Below, piece by piece: positions 47,296 to 57,387 of a stretch of DNA of 64,000 nt; the first letter of the stretch is position 1, and each line of letters starts with the position of its first letter. Below the pieces are notes generated by a model. That model saw nothing but the letters and a program-made list of their open reading frames with translations. It was not told the DNA's origin and searched no databases. The DNA is from Burkholderiales bacterium (GTDB lineage Bacteria; Pseudomonadota; Gammaproteobacteria; Burkholderiales; SG8-39). The position numbers were made by a program, and so were the translations under genes. The DNA is taken from NCBI GenBank assembly GCA_035286595.1, contig DATEDA010000158.1, positions 6-64,005 of the forward strand. Reading direction: 5' to 3'.

Positions 47296-48665
47296 TTCAC
47301 CGCCCCCTTCGAGGCGGCAACTCCCCCGCTGCGCTTTGCGATCCCCTTCGACGACGGACCGCGGGTGTCGCGCATCACCGCCTCGATCTCGTCGATGCGC
47401 TTCGGCGCGGCCCGGGTCAGGATTTCGCAACCCGCGGCGTTGACCACCACGTCGTCCTCGATGCGGACGCCGATGTTCCAGAAGTGTTCCGGCACGCCCT
47501 CGCCCGGTCGCACGTAGCAGCCCGGCTCGACGGTGAGCGCCATGCCGGGCTCGAGCGGCTTCCACTCCCCCCGCTCCTTGTACTCGCCGACGTCGTGCAC
47601 GTCGAGCCCGAGCCAATGACCGGTCCGGTGCATGTAGAAGCGCTTGTAGTCCTCCTTCTCCAGCACCTCCTCGAGCGTGCCCTGGCACAGGCCCAGGTCC
47701 ACGAACCCCCGTGCGAGCACCTTGACCGCGGCGTCATGCGGCGCGTTCCACGGGGCGCCGGGCCTGACGGCCGCGATCGCCTCCGCCTGCGCGGCCAGCA
47801 CCAGCTCGTAGATGGCGGCCTGCGGGCCGCTGAACCTCCCGTTCACCGGGAACGTCCGGGTGATGTCGGACGCATAGCCGTCGAGCTCGCACCCGGCGTC
47901 GATCAGCAGGAGCTCGCCGTCCCCGAGGCGCCGATCGTTGTTCCTATAGTGTAGGACGCAGGCGTTCGGGCCCCCCGCGACGATCGGCCAGTAGGCCGGG
48001 AACTGCGCGCCGCGGCGTCGGAACTCGTACAGCAGCTCGGCCTCGATCTCGTACTCCATCATCCCGGGCCGCGCCGCCTGCATCGCGCGCACGTGCGCGC
48101 CGGTGGAGATCGCGGCGGCGCGGCGCATCACCGCGAGTTCGTACTCGTCCTTCACGAGCCGCATTGCGTCGAGGATCACGCGCAGGTCGCGGATCTCCGC
48201 GGGGGCCGTGACGCCGGTCCGGGCGAGCGCGCGCACCTCGTTCAGCCAGCCCAGGATCCGGGCGTCCCACGCGGGGTCCATGCCGGGCGCGTAGTGGAGC
48301 CGCGGTTGATCCGCCATCAGGCGCGGCAGCTCCTCGTCGAGCTTGGCGATCGGGTGCGCGGCGTCGAAGCCGAACGCTTCGCGCGCCGCCTCGGGGCCGT
48401 GCCGGAAGCCCTCCCAGAGCTCGCGCTCGGGGTGCTTCTCGCGGCAGAACAGGATCGACCTCGGCTCGGCACCGGCAACGAGCACGAGGACCGCTTCGGG
48501 CTCCGGGAAGCCGGTCAGGTAGTAGAAGTAGCTGTCGAAGCGATACAGGTAGTCGCTGTCCCGGCTGCGCAGCCGCTCCGGCGCCGTGGGCAGGATCGCG
48601 ATGCCCGCCCCCATGCGCTCGAGCACGGCGGCGCGGCGAGCGCGGTAGGGCGTGATGTCGGTCAT
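47292..48665 (-). CDS. pepP: Xaa-Pro aminopeptidase
   Basis: From ATG MTDITPY. Motifs DAGCELDGYASDITRT, HRTGHWLGLDVHD and EPG are present. Confidence 0.85.
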   Translation of the reverse strand: MTDITPYRARRAAVLERMGAGIAILPTAPERLRSRDSDYLYRFDSYFYYLTGFPEPEAVLVLVAGAEPRSILFCREKHPERELWEGFRHGPEAAREAFGFDAAHPIAKLDEELPRLMADQPRLHYAPGMDPAWDARILGWLNEVRALARTGVTAPAEIRDLRVILDAMRLVKDEYELAVMRRAAAISTGAHVRAMQAARPGMMEYEIEAELLYEFRRRGAQFPAYWPIVAGGPNACVLHYRNNDRRLGDGELLLIDAGCELDGYASDITRTFPVNGRFSGPQAAIYELVLAAQAEAIAAVRPGAPWNAPHDAAVKVLARGFVDLGLCQGTLEEVLEKEDYKRFYMHRTGHWLGLDVHDVGEYKERGEWKPLEPGMALTVEPGCYVRPGEGVPEHFWNIGVRIEDDVVVNAAGCEILTRAAPKRIDEIEAVMRDTRGPSSKGIAKRSGGVAASKGAVK

Positions 48666-48783
48666 CGGTTCTCGGGTCACCTCGAAACCTCCAGCCTTCG
48701 AATTCTCGGTCCCCGCCGGCTGCCGAGCAAGTGAGCCCGGCCCGCTCGTTCGCCCGCAGCGTGATCCTGTGCACCGGGCCGGC

Positions 48784-49461
48784 TCATCCACGGCCCGCCT
48801 TCAGCTCGGCATCGAGCGCCGCGAGCCGTTCGGGCGTCCCGATGTCGAGCCAGCGGCCACGAAAGAGCTCGCCGGTGACGCGACCGCGCGCCGCCGCCTC
48901 GCGAAGGAGCGGCGCGAGCGGCGCCCGAGTCCCGCGCGCGACGGCGGCGAAGAGCGCCGGCCGATAGACGCCGATGCCGCTGAAGGTCAGCATCGGCGCG
49001 CCCGCGTTCGCGACGCGCCCGTCCGACAGCGCGAAGTCGCCGCCGGGATGATGCGACGGGTTGTCGACCAGCACCAGATGCGCCAGGGCGTCGTCGTTCA
49101 GGACCGCTCGCAGACGCGCGAACGGGAAGTCGGTGTGGAGATCGGCGTTCACCGCGAGGAACGGCGCTTCGCCCAGGAGCGGCATCGCGTTTGCGATGCC
49201 GCCCGCGGTCTCGAGCGCCTCGGGCTCGTGGGAGTACCGGATGCGGACGCCGAAGCGCGCGCCGTCGCCGAGGGCCGCCTCGATCATCCACCCGAGCTGG
49301 GCGTGATTGAGCACCAGCTCCTCGAAGCCCGTTGCCGCGAGGCGCTCGAGCAGCCACGCGACCACCGGCTTGCCACCGGCCGGAAGCAGCGCCTTCGGCG
49401 TCGCGTCGGTGAGCGGACGCATCCGCTCGCCTCTACCCGCCGCCAGGAGCATGACTCTCAT
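48784..49461 (-). CDS. murU: nucleotidyltransferase (N-acetylmuramate alpha-1-phosphate uridylyltransferase MurU-like)
   Basis: The LAAGRGERMRPLT motif is present. 225 aa. It is paired with an AmgK-like kinase and lies divergent from lptD, as in Pseudomonas. Confidence 0.7.
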   Translation of the reverse strand: MRVMLLAAGRGERMRPLTDATPKALLPAGGKPVVAWLLERLAATGFEELVLNHAQLGWMIEAALGDGARFGVRIRYSHEPEALETAGGIANAMPLLGEAPFLAVNADLHTDFPFARLRAVLNDDALAHLVLVDNPSHHPGGDFALSDGRVANAGAPMLTFSGIGVYRPALFAAVARGTRAPLAPLLREAAARGRVTGELFRGRWLDIGTPERLAALDAELKAGRG

Positions 49462-49462
49462 G

Positions 49463-50509
49463 TCAGAACGTGTGGCGCACTTCGGGCGTCCGCCCCTCGA
49501 CCTCGTCGAGGAGCCGGGCGAGCGGGGCGAGCGCGCGGTAGCGCTCCACGACCGGGCGGACGTAGCCGAGGAAGCGCGGCGTGTCCGCGAGATATTGCCG
49601 CTTGCCGTCGCGATACGCGAGGCGGGCGAAGATGCCGGCCACCTTCAGGTGGCGCTGCAGTCCCATCCACTCGAGGTCGCGCCAGAACCGGCTGAAGTCC
49701 GGGTCCACCGGCAGGCCGCCGCGGCGCGCCTTCTCCCAGTAGCGGATCGTCCAGTCGAGCACCCGCTCCTCGTCCCAGCTGAGAAACGCGTCCTTGAAGA
49801 GGCACGCGACGTCGTAGGTGATCGGGCCGTACACTGCGTCCTGGAAATCGAGGATGCCGGGGTTCGGCTCGCAGACCATCAGGTTGCGCGGCATGTAGTC
49901 GCGATGCACGTAGACCTTCGGCTGCGCCAGGTTGGAACCGATGATCAGCGCGAAGGCGCGGTCGAGCACCTCGCGGCTCCGCGGCGTCAGCGTCACCCCG
50001 AGGTGCCGGCCGAGGTACCACTCGGGGAACAGCTCGAGCTCGCGGCGCAGCAGGGTCGCGGCATAGGGCGGAAGCTCTCCGGGTCGCGTCGCGAGCTGCC
50101 ACTTGACCAGCGCATCGGTCGCGTCGCCGAACAGCCGGGCGGGGAGCGCGTCGCCGGAGGCGCGCTGCAGGGACTCGAGGTAGGTCGTCGAGCCGAGGTC
50201 GGTGAGCAGCAGGAACCCCTGCTCGAGGTCCTGCGCGAGCACGCGCGGCGCATTGAGACCGGCGCCGGCGAGGAGCCCGGCGACGTGGACGAACGGTCGG
50301 CAATCCTCGCGCTCGGGCGGCGCGTCCATCACGATGAACGTCGCGGGTGCGTCGCGCTCGGGCGCGACGCGGAAGTAACGCCGGAAGCTCGCGTCCGCCG
50401 AAGCGGGCGTGAGCGCGACGCGAGTGTCCGGGTAACGGCCGGCGAGCCAGCGCTCGAGCTGCGCGATGCGGTCCATCCTGGCGTCGAGATTCCCGATCGG
50501 CGTTGCCAT
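49463..50509 (-). CDS. amgK: aminoglycoside-phosphotransferase-fold kinase (anomeric MurNAc/GlcNAc kinase AmgK-like)
   Basis: From ATG MATPIGN. Motifs ASFRRYFR, HRDYMPRNLM and LDFQDA are present. Confidence 0.7.
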   Translation of the reverse strand: MATPIGNLDARMDRIAQLERWLAGRYPDTRVALTPASADASFRRYFRVAPERDAPATFIVMDAPPEREDCRPFVHVAGLLAGAGLNAPRVLAQDLEQGFLLLTDLGSTTYLESLQRASGDALPARLFGDATDALVKWQLATRPGELPPYAATLLRRELELFPEWYLGRHLGVTLTPRSREVLDRAFALIIGSNLAQPKVYVHRDYMPRNLMVCEPNPGILDFQDAVYGPITYDVACLFKDAFLSWDEERVLDWTIRYWEKARRGGLPVDPDFSRFWRDLEWMGLQRHLKVAGIFARLAYRDGKRQYLADTPRFLGYVRPVVERYRALAPLARLLDEVEGRTPEVRHTF

Positions 50510-50565
50510 GGCTCGGCGATTGTGCGATTTTAGCGGCCAAAAGAAGGGCCCGGTCGGTTGCGTTG

Positions 50566-53007
50566 ATGCCTCTTCCCGTACTTCGCGCCGCGGCGGCTGC
50601 GGCCGTTCTCGCGTTCGTCTGCGCTGCGGCCACGGGCGGGCGCGCGCACGCGCAGGCGCAGGGCCTGAGGCTCGAGCGCTCGCTCGGCGCGGCACCGAGC
50701 GGCCGTGGCGAGGATCTCCCGACGTTCGTCACCGCCGACCGCATCCAGGGGCTCGGCTCGGCCGAGGTCGAGGCGATCGGCGACGTCGAGCTGCGGCGCG
50801 GCGACACGTCGCTCCGTGCCGACCGCCTCAAGTACTTCCAGGACACCGACGAGGTGGAGGCGACCGGCAACGTGCGCATCCGGATCGGGGAGGACGAGGT
50901 GACCGGTCCGCGCCTGCGGCTGCGGATCGGGGACACGACGGGCATCTTCGAGAGCCCGAGCTTCCAGCTCGCGCCGCGCGAGGTGCGTTCGCGGCTCAAG
51001 CAGGGTCTGCCCGCGGGGCCGACGACCACCGCGACCGAGGCCACAGGCCTGCGCGTGACCACGGAGGGCCGCGGCGAGGCGAAGGCGTTCCGGTTCGAAG
51101 GCGAGGAGCGCTATCGAGTCACCGACGGCACGTTCACGACCTGCCGCCCCGGGCAGGACGACTGGTTCATCCAGGCGGGCGAACTCGATCTCGACATGGA
51201 TCGCGAGGTCGGCACCGCGCGCGACGCGCGCCTCACGTTCCTCGGATTGACGACGCCCAAGATCCCGTGGTTCGACTTCTCGCTGAACAACGAGCGCAAG
51301 ACCGGGTTCCTGCCCCCGGGCTTCGGCCTGCAGAACGCGTCCGGGGCGCAGATCATTCTCCCGTTCTACTGGAACATCGCGCCGAACTACGACGCGACGA
51401 TCACGACCCGCTACATGACCCAGCGCGGGGTCCAGTTCCTCAACGAGTTCCGCTTCCTGCAGCCGCAGTTCGTGGGCACCGCGCGCTACGACTTCCTGCC
51501 CGACGACAGGGTCCTCAACGAGTACCGTTACTTTGCCGGGTTCGACACCAACTGGAACCTCCAGAACGGCTGGTACGGGCTGATCAACTACCAGCGGGTC
51601 TCCGACGACAACTACTTCCGCGACCTCTCGACGCGGCTCGCGGTCGCCACGCAGACCAACCTGCCGCAGCAGGCGGTGGTCAACTACGTCGCGCCCTCCG
51701 GCTGGTGGAGCACGGCCGCGAACTACCAGCGCTTCCAGACCCTCCAGGATCCGCAGAACCCGGTCCCGATCCCCTACTGGCGCGAGCCGCAGCTCACGCT
51801 GAACGCGCTCCGGCAGACGGTCGGCGGTCTGGACGCCGGTTTCCAGGGCGAGTACGTGTACTTCGGCAACAGCGCATTGGTCCCGACCGGGCAGCGGGCC
51901 ACGGCGTACCCCTATGTCGCGTGGCCGCAAAACGCCTCCTATGGCTATTTCACGCCGAAGGTCGGCGTGAGCGCCACCGGCTACGACCTCGCCACCCTCG
52001 GCGGCTTCCAGGACAAGTCGGTGAGCCGTGTCCTGCCGATCGCGAGCCTCGACACCGGGCTTTTTTTTGATCGGCCCACGCGCCTGTTCGGGACCGACTA
52101 CCTCCAGACGCTGGAGCCGCGCGTCTATTATCTGTACGTGCCGTTCCGCGATCAGACCCAGATCCCGGTGTTCGACACGACCAACGCGGACTTCAACTAC
52201 TCGCAGCTCTTCCAGGAAAACGCCTTCGTCGGCGGCGACCGGATCTCGAACGCGAACCAGGTGTCGGTCGCCGCGACCTCGCGCTTCATTCGTCCGAGCA
52301 ACGGCCAGGAGCTCGCCCGCGCGATCATCGGCCAGCGCTACTATTTCACCCCGCAGAAGGTGTTCATCCCCGGCTTGCCGGTGCGCACCGAGAACATCTC
52401 GCCGCTCATCATGGACGTCAGCGGCCGGATCGCGCAGAACTGGACGGCGAACGTCGGCATGCAGTACCAGTTCGGCAGCACCGGGGGCGTCGCGCAGTCG
52501 GTCGTGGGCGTCCGCTATTCACCGGCCCCGGCCGCCGTGGCGAGCGCGGCGTACCGCTACACCAACCAGCAGCTCACCGCCGGGGTCGGGAACATCCAGA
52601 GCCTGGATGTCGCGGCGCAGTGGCCGCTCGGCCGCGGCGTCTACGGCGTCGCGCGGGTCAACTACGACTTCGTCGGCAAGAAGGTGGTCGAGTCGCTCGC
52701 GGGCCTCGAATATAATGCCGGCTGCTGGATCATCCGCGCGGTGGCGAGCCGCTTCCAGACCGCCACGGCGCAGGAGACGACGCTGTTCTACATACAACTG
52801 GAGTTCAACGGGCTCGCCCGGATCGGCTCCAACCCGCTCGAAGCGCTTCGCCGCAGCATTCCAGGGTACACGCTCATCAACCAGTCGACGCCCGACAGCC
52901 GCACGTACGACCTCGGGGCGATCGGTGCGGGCGAGCCCCCCGCGACCGGGATGTCGGTGTCGCCGATCCGCTCCGACGTGCCGTCGGCGTACCGTTCCTA
53001 CGAGTGA
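50566..53007 (+). CDS. lptD: LPS-assembly protein LptD
   Basis: ATG MPLPVLRAAAAAAVLAFV provides a signal peptide. An N-terminal OstA-like domain (GDVELRRGDTSLRADRL) and a large beta-barrel are present. The gene precedes surA. Confidence 0.85.
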   Translation: MPLPVLRAAAAAAVLAFVCAAATGGRAHAQAQGLRLERSLGAAPSGRGEDLPTFVTADRIQGLGSAEVEAIGDVELRRGDTSLRADRLKYFQDTDEVEATGNVRIRIGEDEVTGPRLRLRIGDTTGIFESPSFQLAPREVRSRLKQGLPAGPTTTATEATGLRVTTEGRGEAKAFRFEGEERYRVTDGTFTTCRPGQDDWFIQAGELDLDMDREVGTARDARLTFLGLTTPKIPWFDFSLNNERKTGFLPPGFGLQNASGAQIILPFYWNIAPNYDATITTRYMTQRGVQFLNEFRFLQPQFVGTARYDFLPDDRVLNEYRYFAGFDTNWNLQNGWYGLINYQRVSDDNYFRDLSTRLAVATQTNLPQQAVVNYVAPSGWWSTAANYQRFQTLQDPQNPVPIPYWREPQLTLNALRQTVGGLDAGFQGEYVYFGNSALVPTGQRATAYPYVAWPQNASYGYFTPKVGVSATGYDLATLGGFQDKSVSRVLPIASLDTGLFFDRPTRLFGTDYLQTLEPRVYYLYVPFRDQTQIPVFDTTNADFNYSQLFQENAFVGGDRISNANQVSVAATSRFIRPSNGQELARAIIGQRYYFTPQKVFIPGLPVRTENISPLIMDVSGRIAQNWTANVGMQYQFGSTGGVAQSVVGVRYSPAPAAVASAAYRYTNQQLTAGVGNIQSLDVAAQWPLGRGVYGVARVNYDFVGKKVVESLAGLEYNAGCWIIRAVASRFQTATAQETTLFYIQLEFNGLARIGSNPLEALRRSIPGYTLINQSTPDSRTYDLGAIGAGEPPATGMSVSPIRSDVPSAYRSYE

Positions 53008-53009
53008 CG

Positions 53010-54365
53010 ATGAAGCGCGCGCTTTCAATGCTGCTGCTCGGGTGCCTGGCGGGAGGCGCGGCGGCCCAGTTCCGGGTCCCCGGTTTCCAGACCGCCCCGC
53101 CGGGCCCGGCCGTGCCGGCGAAGCCGGCGCCGGCCCGCGGGCCGCAGCTGATCGACCGCATCGTCGCCGTCGTGAACACCGAGGTGATCACGCAGCGCGA
53201 CCTCGCGGAACGGATCACGCTGGTTGGAACGCAGCTCAAGCGGCAGGGCACGCCGCCGCCGCTCCCCGAAGTGCTCGAGCGCCAGGTCCTCGAGCGGATG
53301 ATCATGGACCGCGCGCAGATTCAGTTCGCGCGCGACACCGGCGTGCGCGTCGACGACCTTCAGGTCGACCGCACCATGCAGCTGATCGCCGAGAACAACA
53401 AGCTGACGCTCGCCGATTTCCGCCGCACGCTCGAGCGCGAGGGCGTGTCGTTCGACCGCTTCCGCGAGGACATCCGCAACGAGATCGTGATCTCGCGGCT
53501 GCGCGAGCGCGAGGTCGACAGCAAGATCCAGATCGGCGAGAGCGAGATCGAGAACTTCCTCCAGGAGCTGCAGGCGGGCGACGCCGGCACCCAGTTCGAC
53601 CTCTCGCACATCCTGGTGCGCGTCCCCGAGAGCGCGAGCCCGGAACAGGTCGACGCGCGGCTGCGGCGTGCCCAGGAAGCGCTCGCCAAGGCGCGCGGCG
53701 GCGCCGACTTCGCGCAGCTCGCGGTCAGCTACTCCGATGCGCCGGACGCGCTCAAGGGCGGCGGCATGGGCTGGCGCGAGCGCGACCGGCTGCCGGAGCT
53801 CTTCGCCGAGGCGCTCGTCAAGCTGAAGCCCGGCGAAGTGAGCGATGTCCTGCGCAGCCCCGCGGGTTTCCACATCGTCAGGCTCAACGACCGGCGCGGC
53901 GGTGGCGGGTCGTTCATGGCCGAGCAGACGCGCGCGCGGCACATCCTCGCGCGCGTGAGCGAGCTCGTGTCCGAAACCGAGGCGCGGCGCAAGATCACGG
54001 TGCTGCGCCAGCGCATCGCCGAGGGCACGAGCTTCGCCGAGCTCGCGCGGCTGAACTCCGACGACACCGCCTCCGCGCAACGGGGCGGCGAGCTCGGCTG
54101 GACGGTGCCCGGCGACCTGGTGCCGGAGTTCGAGCGCGCGATGAACGCGCTGAAGATCGGCGAGCTGTCGCAACCGGTGCGCACGCCGTTCGGGTACCAC
54201 ATCATCCAGGTCGAGGAGCGACGGACCGCCGACCTCGCCGCGGACCGCAAGCGCATCGAGGCGCGCCGGGTGCTGCGCGACCGCCGGGCCGACGAGGCGT
54301 ACCAGGAATGGCTCCGGCAGCTCCGGGACCGCTCCTACGTCGACTACCGGCTGGAAGAGCGGTGA
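53010..54365 (+). CDS. surA: periplasmic chaperone / peptidyl-prolyl isomerase SurA
   Basis: A signal peptide is present (MKRALSMLLLGCLAGGAAAQ). Two parvulin domains are present (GGMGWRER...GFHIVRL; GELGWTVPGD...GYHIIQV). Confidence 0.85.
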   Translation: MKRALSMLLLGCLAGGAAAQFRVPGFQTAPPGPAVPAKPAPARGPQLIDRIVAVVNTEVITQRDLAERITLVGTQLKRQGTPPPLPEVLERQVLERMIMDRAQIQFARDTGVRVDDLQVDRTMQLIAENNKLTLADFRRTLEREGVSFDRFREDIRNEIVISRLREREVDSKIQIGESEIENFLQELQAGDAGTQFDLSHILVRVPESASPEQVDARLRRAQEALAKARGGADFAQLAVSYSDAPDALKGGGMGWRERDRLPELFAEALVKLKPGEVSDVLRSPAGFHIVRLNDRRGGGGSFMAEQTRARHILARVSELVSETEARRKITVLRQRIAEGTSFAELARLNSDDTASAQRGGELGWTVPGDLVPEFERAMNALKIGELSQPVRTPFGYHIIQVEERRTADLAADRKRIEARRVLRDRRADEAYQEWLRQLRDRSYVDYRLEER

Positions 54366-54371
54366 TGCCCG

Positions 54372-55412
54372 GTGATGGGTAAAGCGAAGCGCCGCGCAGC
54401 ACCACCGGCCGATCCCGCGCTCCCCACGATTCGTCCCCCGGTCATCGCCGTCACCTCCGGCGAGCCCGCCGGCATCGGCCCCGACGTCTGCCTCGCGCTT
54501 GCCGACCGCGCGTTCGACGCGCGCGTCGTGGTGCTCGGTGACCGGGCGGTCCTCGCCGCGCGCGCCGCCCGGCTCGATCGCGACGTCCCGCTCGCGGACT
54601 TCGATGCCGCCAGGGCCCCGTCGCCCGGGGCGCTCGAGGTCCTGCACCGGCCAACGGCCGCGCCGGTCACCCCGGGACGCCTCGACCCGGCGAACAGCGG
54701 CTACGTTCTCGCGCTGCTCGACGCCGCAGTCGACGGTTGCCTCGCCGGCACGTTCGACGCGCTCGTGACCGCGCCGGTCCAGAAGAGCGTCATCAACGAC
54801 GCCGGTATTCCGTTCACGGGCCACACCGAGTATCTCGCCGGGCGCGCCAGCGCTGACGTCGTGATGATGCTCGTGGGCGGAGGTCTGCGCGTCGCGCTCG
54901 CGACCACCCATCTCGCGCTCGCGGACGTGGCGCGGGAGATCACGTGCGCGGGGCTCGAGCGCACGCTCCGCACCGTCGAGGCGGAGCTGCGCCGGCGCTT
55001 CGGCATCGCCCGGCCCCGCATCCTCGTCGCCGGGCTCAATCCGCACGCCGGCGAGGCCGGCTACCTCGGCCGCGAGGAGATCGACGTCATCGCCCCGGTG
55101 GTCGAGAAGCTCGCGCGCGAAGGACTCGCGGTGCGCGGCCCGCTTCCCGCGGATACGCTGTTCACGCCGCGCGAGCTGCGCGACGCCGATTGCGTGCTGG
55201 CGATGTACCACGACCAGGGATTGCCGGTGCTCAAGCACGCGTCGTTTGGCCGCGGCGTCAACATCACGCTCGGCCTGCCGTTCGTGCGGACCTCCGTCGA
55301 CCATGGGACGGCGCTCGATCTCGCCGGTACCGGCAAGGCCGACCCGTCCAGCCTGTTCGAGGCGGTCGAGCTGGCGGTCGAAATGGCCCGGCACGAGCGC
55401 CGCCGCGCGTGA
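54372..55412 (+). CDS. pdxA: 4-hydroxythreonine-4-phosphate dehydrogenase
   Basis: Motifs TSGEPAGIGPD, FTGHTEYL, NPHAGE, MYHDQGL and SVDHGTA are present. Confidence 0.9.
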   Translation: MMGKAKRRAAPPADPALPTIRPPVIAVTSGEPAGIGPDVCLALADRAFDARVVVLGDRAVLAARAARLDRDVPLADFDAARAPSPGALEVLHRPTAAPVTPGRLDPANSGYVLALLDAAVDGCLAGTFDALVTAPVQKSVINDAGIPFTGHTEYLAGRASADVVMMLVGGGLRVALATTHLALADVAREITCAGLERTLRTVEAELRRRFGIARPRILVAGLNPHAGEAGYLGREEIDVIAPVVEKLAREGLAVRGPLPADTLFTPRELRDADCVLAMYHDQGLPVLKHASFGRGVNITLGLPFVRTSVDHGTALDLAGTGKADPSSLFEAVELAVEMARHERRRA

Positions 55413-56182
55413 CGCACGTCCCCCGCAAGCGCTACGGCCAGCATTTCCTCCACGACCGCGGCGTGATCGCGAAGATCGTCGCGGCGGTCGATCCGCAGCC
55501 CGGCGACGCGATCGTCGAGGTCGGCCCCGGAACGGGTGCGCTCACCCGACCGCTGCTCGATCGCGTCCCGGGTCTCGAAGCGATCGAGATCGACCGCGAT
55601 CTCGCCGCGCGGCTAGAGGCCGAGCATCCGCGCCTGCGCCTGCACCGCGGCGACGTGCTCAAGTTCGATTTCGCGCGGCTCCCGACCGGGCTGCGCGTCG
55701 TCGGCAATCTGCCCTACAACGTCTCGACGCCGTTCCTGTTTCGACTCGTCGAGGTCGCCGATCGGCTGCGCGACGCGCACTTCATGCTGCAGAAAGAGGT
55801 CGTCGACCGGATGGTGGCCGCGCCGTCGACCTCCGAGTACGGCCGGCTGTCGGTGATGCTCCAGTACCGCTTCGAGATGCGGAAGCTCTTCGACGTGAAG
55901 CCGGGGGCATTTCGCCCCCCGCCGAAGGTGGACTCGGCGGTCGTGCGGCTGGTGCCGAGACCGGCGGCGACGCTCGTGGTGCGCGACCGGGCGGCGCTCG
56001 CGCGGGTCGTCACCGCCGCGTTCATTAAGCGCCGGAAGCAACTGCGCAATGCGCTCGCCGGGGTCATCGATGAAGACGGGTTGCGCGCGCTTGGAATCGA
56101 CCCGCGGTTGCGGCCGGAGAACCTCGGGGTCCCGCAATACGTGGCGATCGCGAACGCGCTCGGTTCGGGCGCCGGCGGCTAG
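55409..56182 (+). CDS. rsmA: 16S rRNA (adenine1518/1519-N6)-dimethyltransferase
   Basis: The GTG start overlaps the pdxA stop (GTGA). Motifs [17 protein letters not shown] and [10 protein letters not shown] are present. Confidence 0.9.
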   Translation: MTHVPRKRYGQHFLHDRGVIAKIVAAVDPQPGDAIVEVGPGTGALTRPLLDRVPGLEAIEIDRDLAARLEAEHPRLRLHRGDVLKFDFARLPTGLRVVGNLPYNVSTPFLFRLVEVADRLRDAHFMLQKEVVDRMVAAPSTSEYGRLSVMLQYRFEMRKLFDVKPGAFRPPPKVDSAVVRLVPRPAATLVVRDRAALARVVTAAFIKRRKQLRNALAGVIDEDGLRALGIDPRLRPENLGVPQYVAIANALGSGAGG

Positions 56183-56562
56183 TCCCGCTGGATCAGCTCG
56201 ATCTTGTAGCCGTCCGGGTCTTCGACGAAGGCGATCACCGTGGTCCCGCCCTTGACCGGACCGGCCTCGCGCGTGACCTTGCCGCCGCGCTTCTTCACCT
56301 CCTCGCACGCCCTGGCGGCGTCCGGTACGGCGAGCGCGACGTGGCCGTAAGCGGTTCCGAGCTCGTATCTTTCCACGCCGTAGTTGTAGGTGAGCTCGAG
56401 CACCGCGGTCTTGTCCTCGTCGTCGTAGCCCACGAACGCGAGCGAATACTTCTGGTCCGGGCGGTCGGTGGTACGAAGCAGCTTCATGCCGAGCACCTCG
56501 GTATAGAACTTGACCGAGCGGTCCAGGTCGCCGACTCGCAGCATGGTGTGCAGGATTCGCAT
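56179..56562 (-). CDS. gloA: lactoylglutathione lyase (glyoxalase I)
   Basis: [30 protein letters not shown] is the canonical GloA N-terminus. Confidence 0.9.
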   Translation of the reverse strand: MRILHTMLRVGDLDRSVKFYTEVLGMKLLRTTDRPDQKYSLAFVGYDDEDKTAVLELTYNYGVERYELGTAYGHVALAVPDAARACEEVKKRGGKVTREAGPVKGGTTVIAFVEDPDGYKIELIQRD

Positions 56563-56574
56563 CGTGGTTCCCCT

Positions 56575-57387
56575 CTAGAGGTCCGGAATCAGCTGCCCGC
56601 GATCGCGAAGCTCGCGCCGCGCCCACTCGTGATCGCGGAACACCGATCCGACGAGGCGCCAGAACGCCGCCGAGTGGTTCATGTGCCGCAGGTGGGCGAG
56701 CTCATGGACCACGACGTAGTCGACCAGCCGGGGCTCGAAGTGCACGAGCTTCCAGTGGAGGAGCACTCGCCCGCGGCCATCGAGCGTCTGGGTGCAGCTG
56801 CCCCACTGGGAGGCGGCATTCGATAACCCGACTTCCGGGAGCAGTACGCCCATCGCCGGCGCGCGCGCTGCGATCCGCTCGCGATACAGCGCGAGCGCCG
56901 CGGCGCGAAGCCATTCGACCACGGTCTCGCGCAGGCGCGGAGCGGCCGCGAAGACGATCGCCGGAACCTCCAGGCGATCCCCGGCGAGCCGGGTGCGACC
57001 CCAAGCGGTGCGGGCAAGCGCGATGTCGCGTCCGAGATACGGGAGCCGGGCGCCTTCCTGCCAGAGAAAAGGCGGGCGGAGGTTGCGACGGACCTCATCG
57101 AGGCGCTTCAGCACCCAGCGCTGCTTCTCGCGGATGAACGCCTCCACCTCCGCGATCGTCGCCCAACGCGGTGCCGCGGCCACCAGGCCGTGCTCCTCGA
57201 TGGCGATGCCGATCGTGCGCCGGCGTGCGCGGCGGAACCAGTAGGGGAGCACCCGGGTCCCGAGCTGGAGGTGTCGAAGCCGCCCGGGCGCCTTCGGCGT
57301 CGGCCCCTTTAGCTCGCGCCGGCCCGGCTCGGCCAGAAACGGCAGCTCGAGCTGCACCTCAGGCGCCCTTGTCGAGCGGGGTGGCAT
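56575..57387 (-). CDS. M48-family metallopeptidase (YgjP/DUF45-like)
   Basis: The HELAHLRH zinc motif lies near the C-terminus. The ATG at 57387 overlaps the plsC 3' end by 29 nt. Confidence 0.8.
   Translation of the reverse strand: MPPRSTRAPEVQLELPFLAEPGRRELKGPTPKAPGRLRHLQLGTRVLPYWFRRARRRTIGIAIEEHGLVAAAPRWATIAEVEAFIREKQRWVLKRLDEVRRNLRPPFLWQEGARLPYLGRDIALARTAWGRTRLAGDRLEVPAIVFAAAPRLRETVVEWLRAAALALYRERIAARAPAMGVLLPEVGLSNAASQWGSCTQTLDGRGRVLLHWKLVHFEPRLVDYVVVHELAHLRHMNHSAAFWRLVGSVFRDHEWARRELRDRGQLIPDL

Noticed and set aside
53025-55394. Long antisense ORFs. Examples: 53025..55394 minus (789 aa, opposite surA/pdxA), 28471..31674 plus (1067 aa, opposite spoT), 58541..60853 plus (opposite glyS) and 42606..44549 plus (opposite purH).
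   Set aside because: Their composition is dominated by R/A/G/P/D/E/L, with no recognisable motifs. They lie opposite strongly supported conserved genes and are antisense-frame artefacts of high GC.
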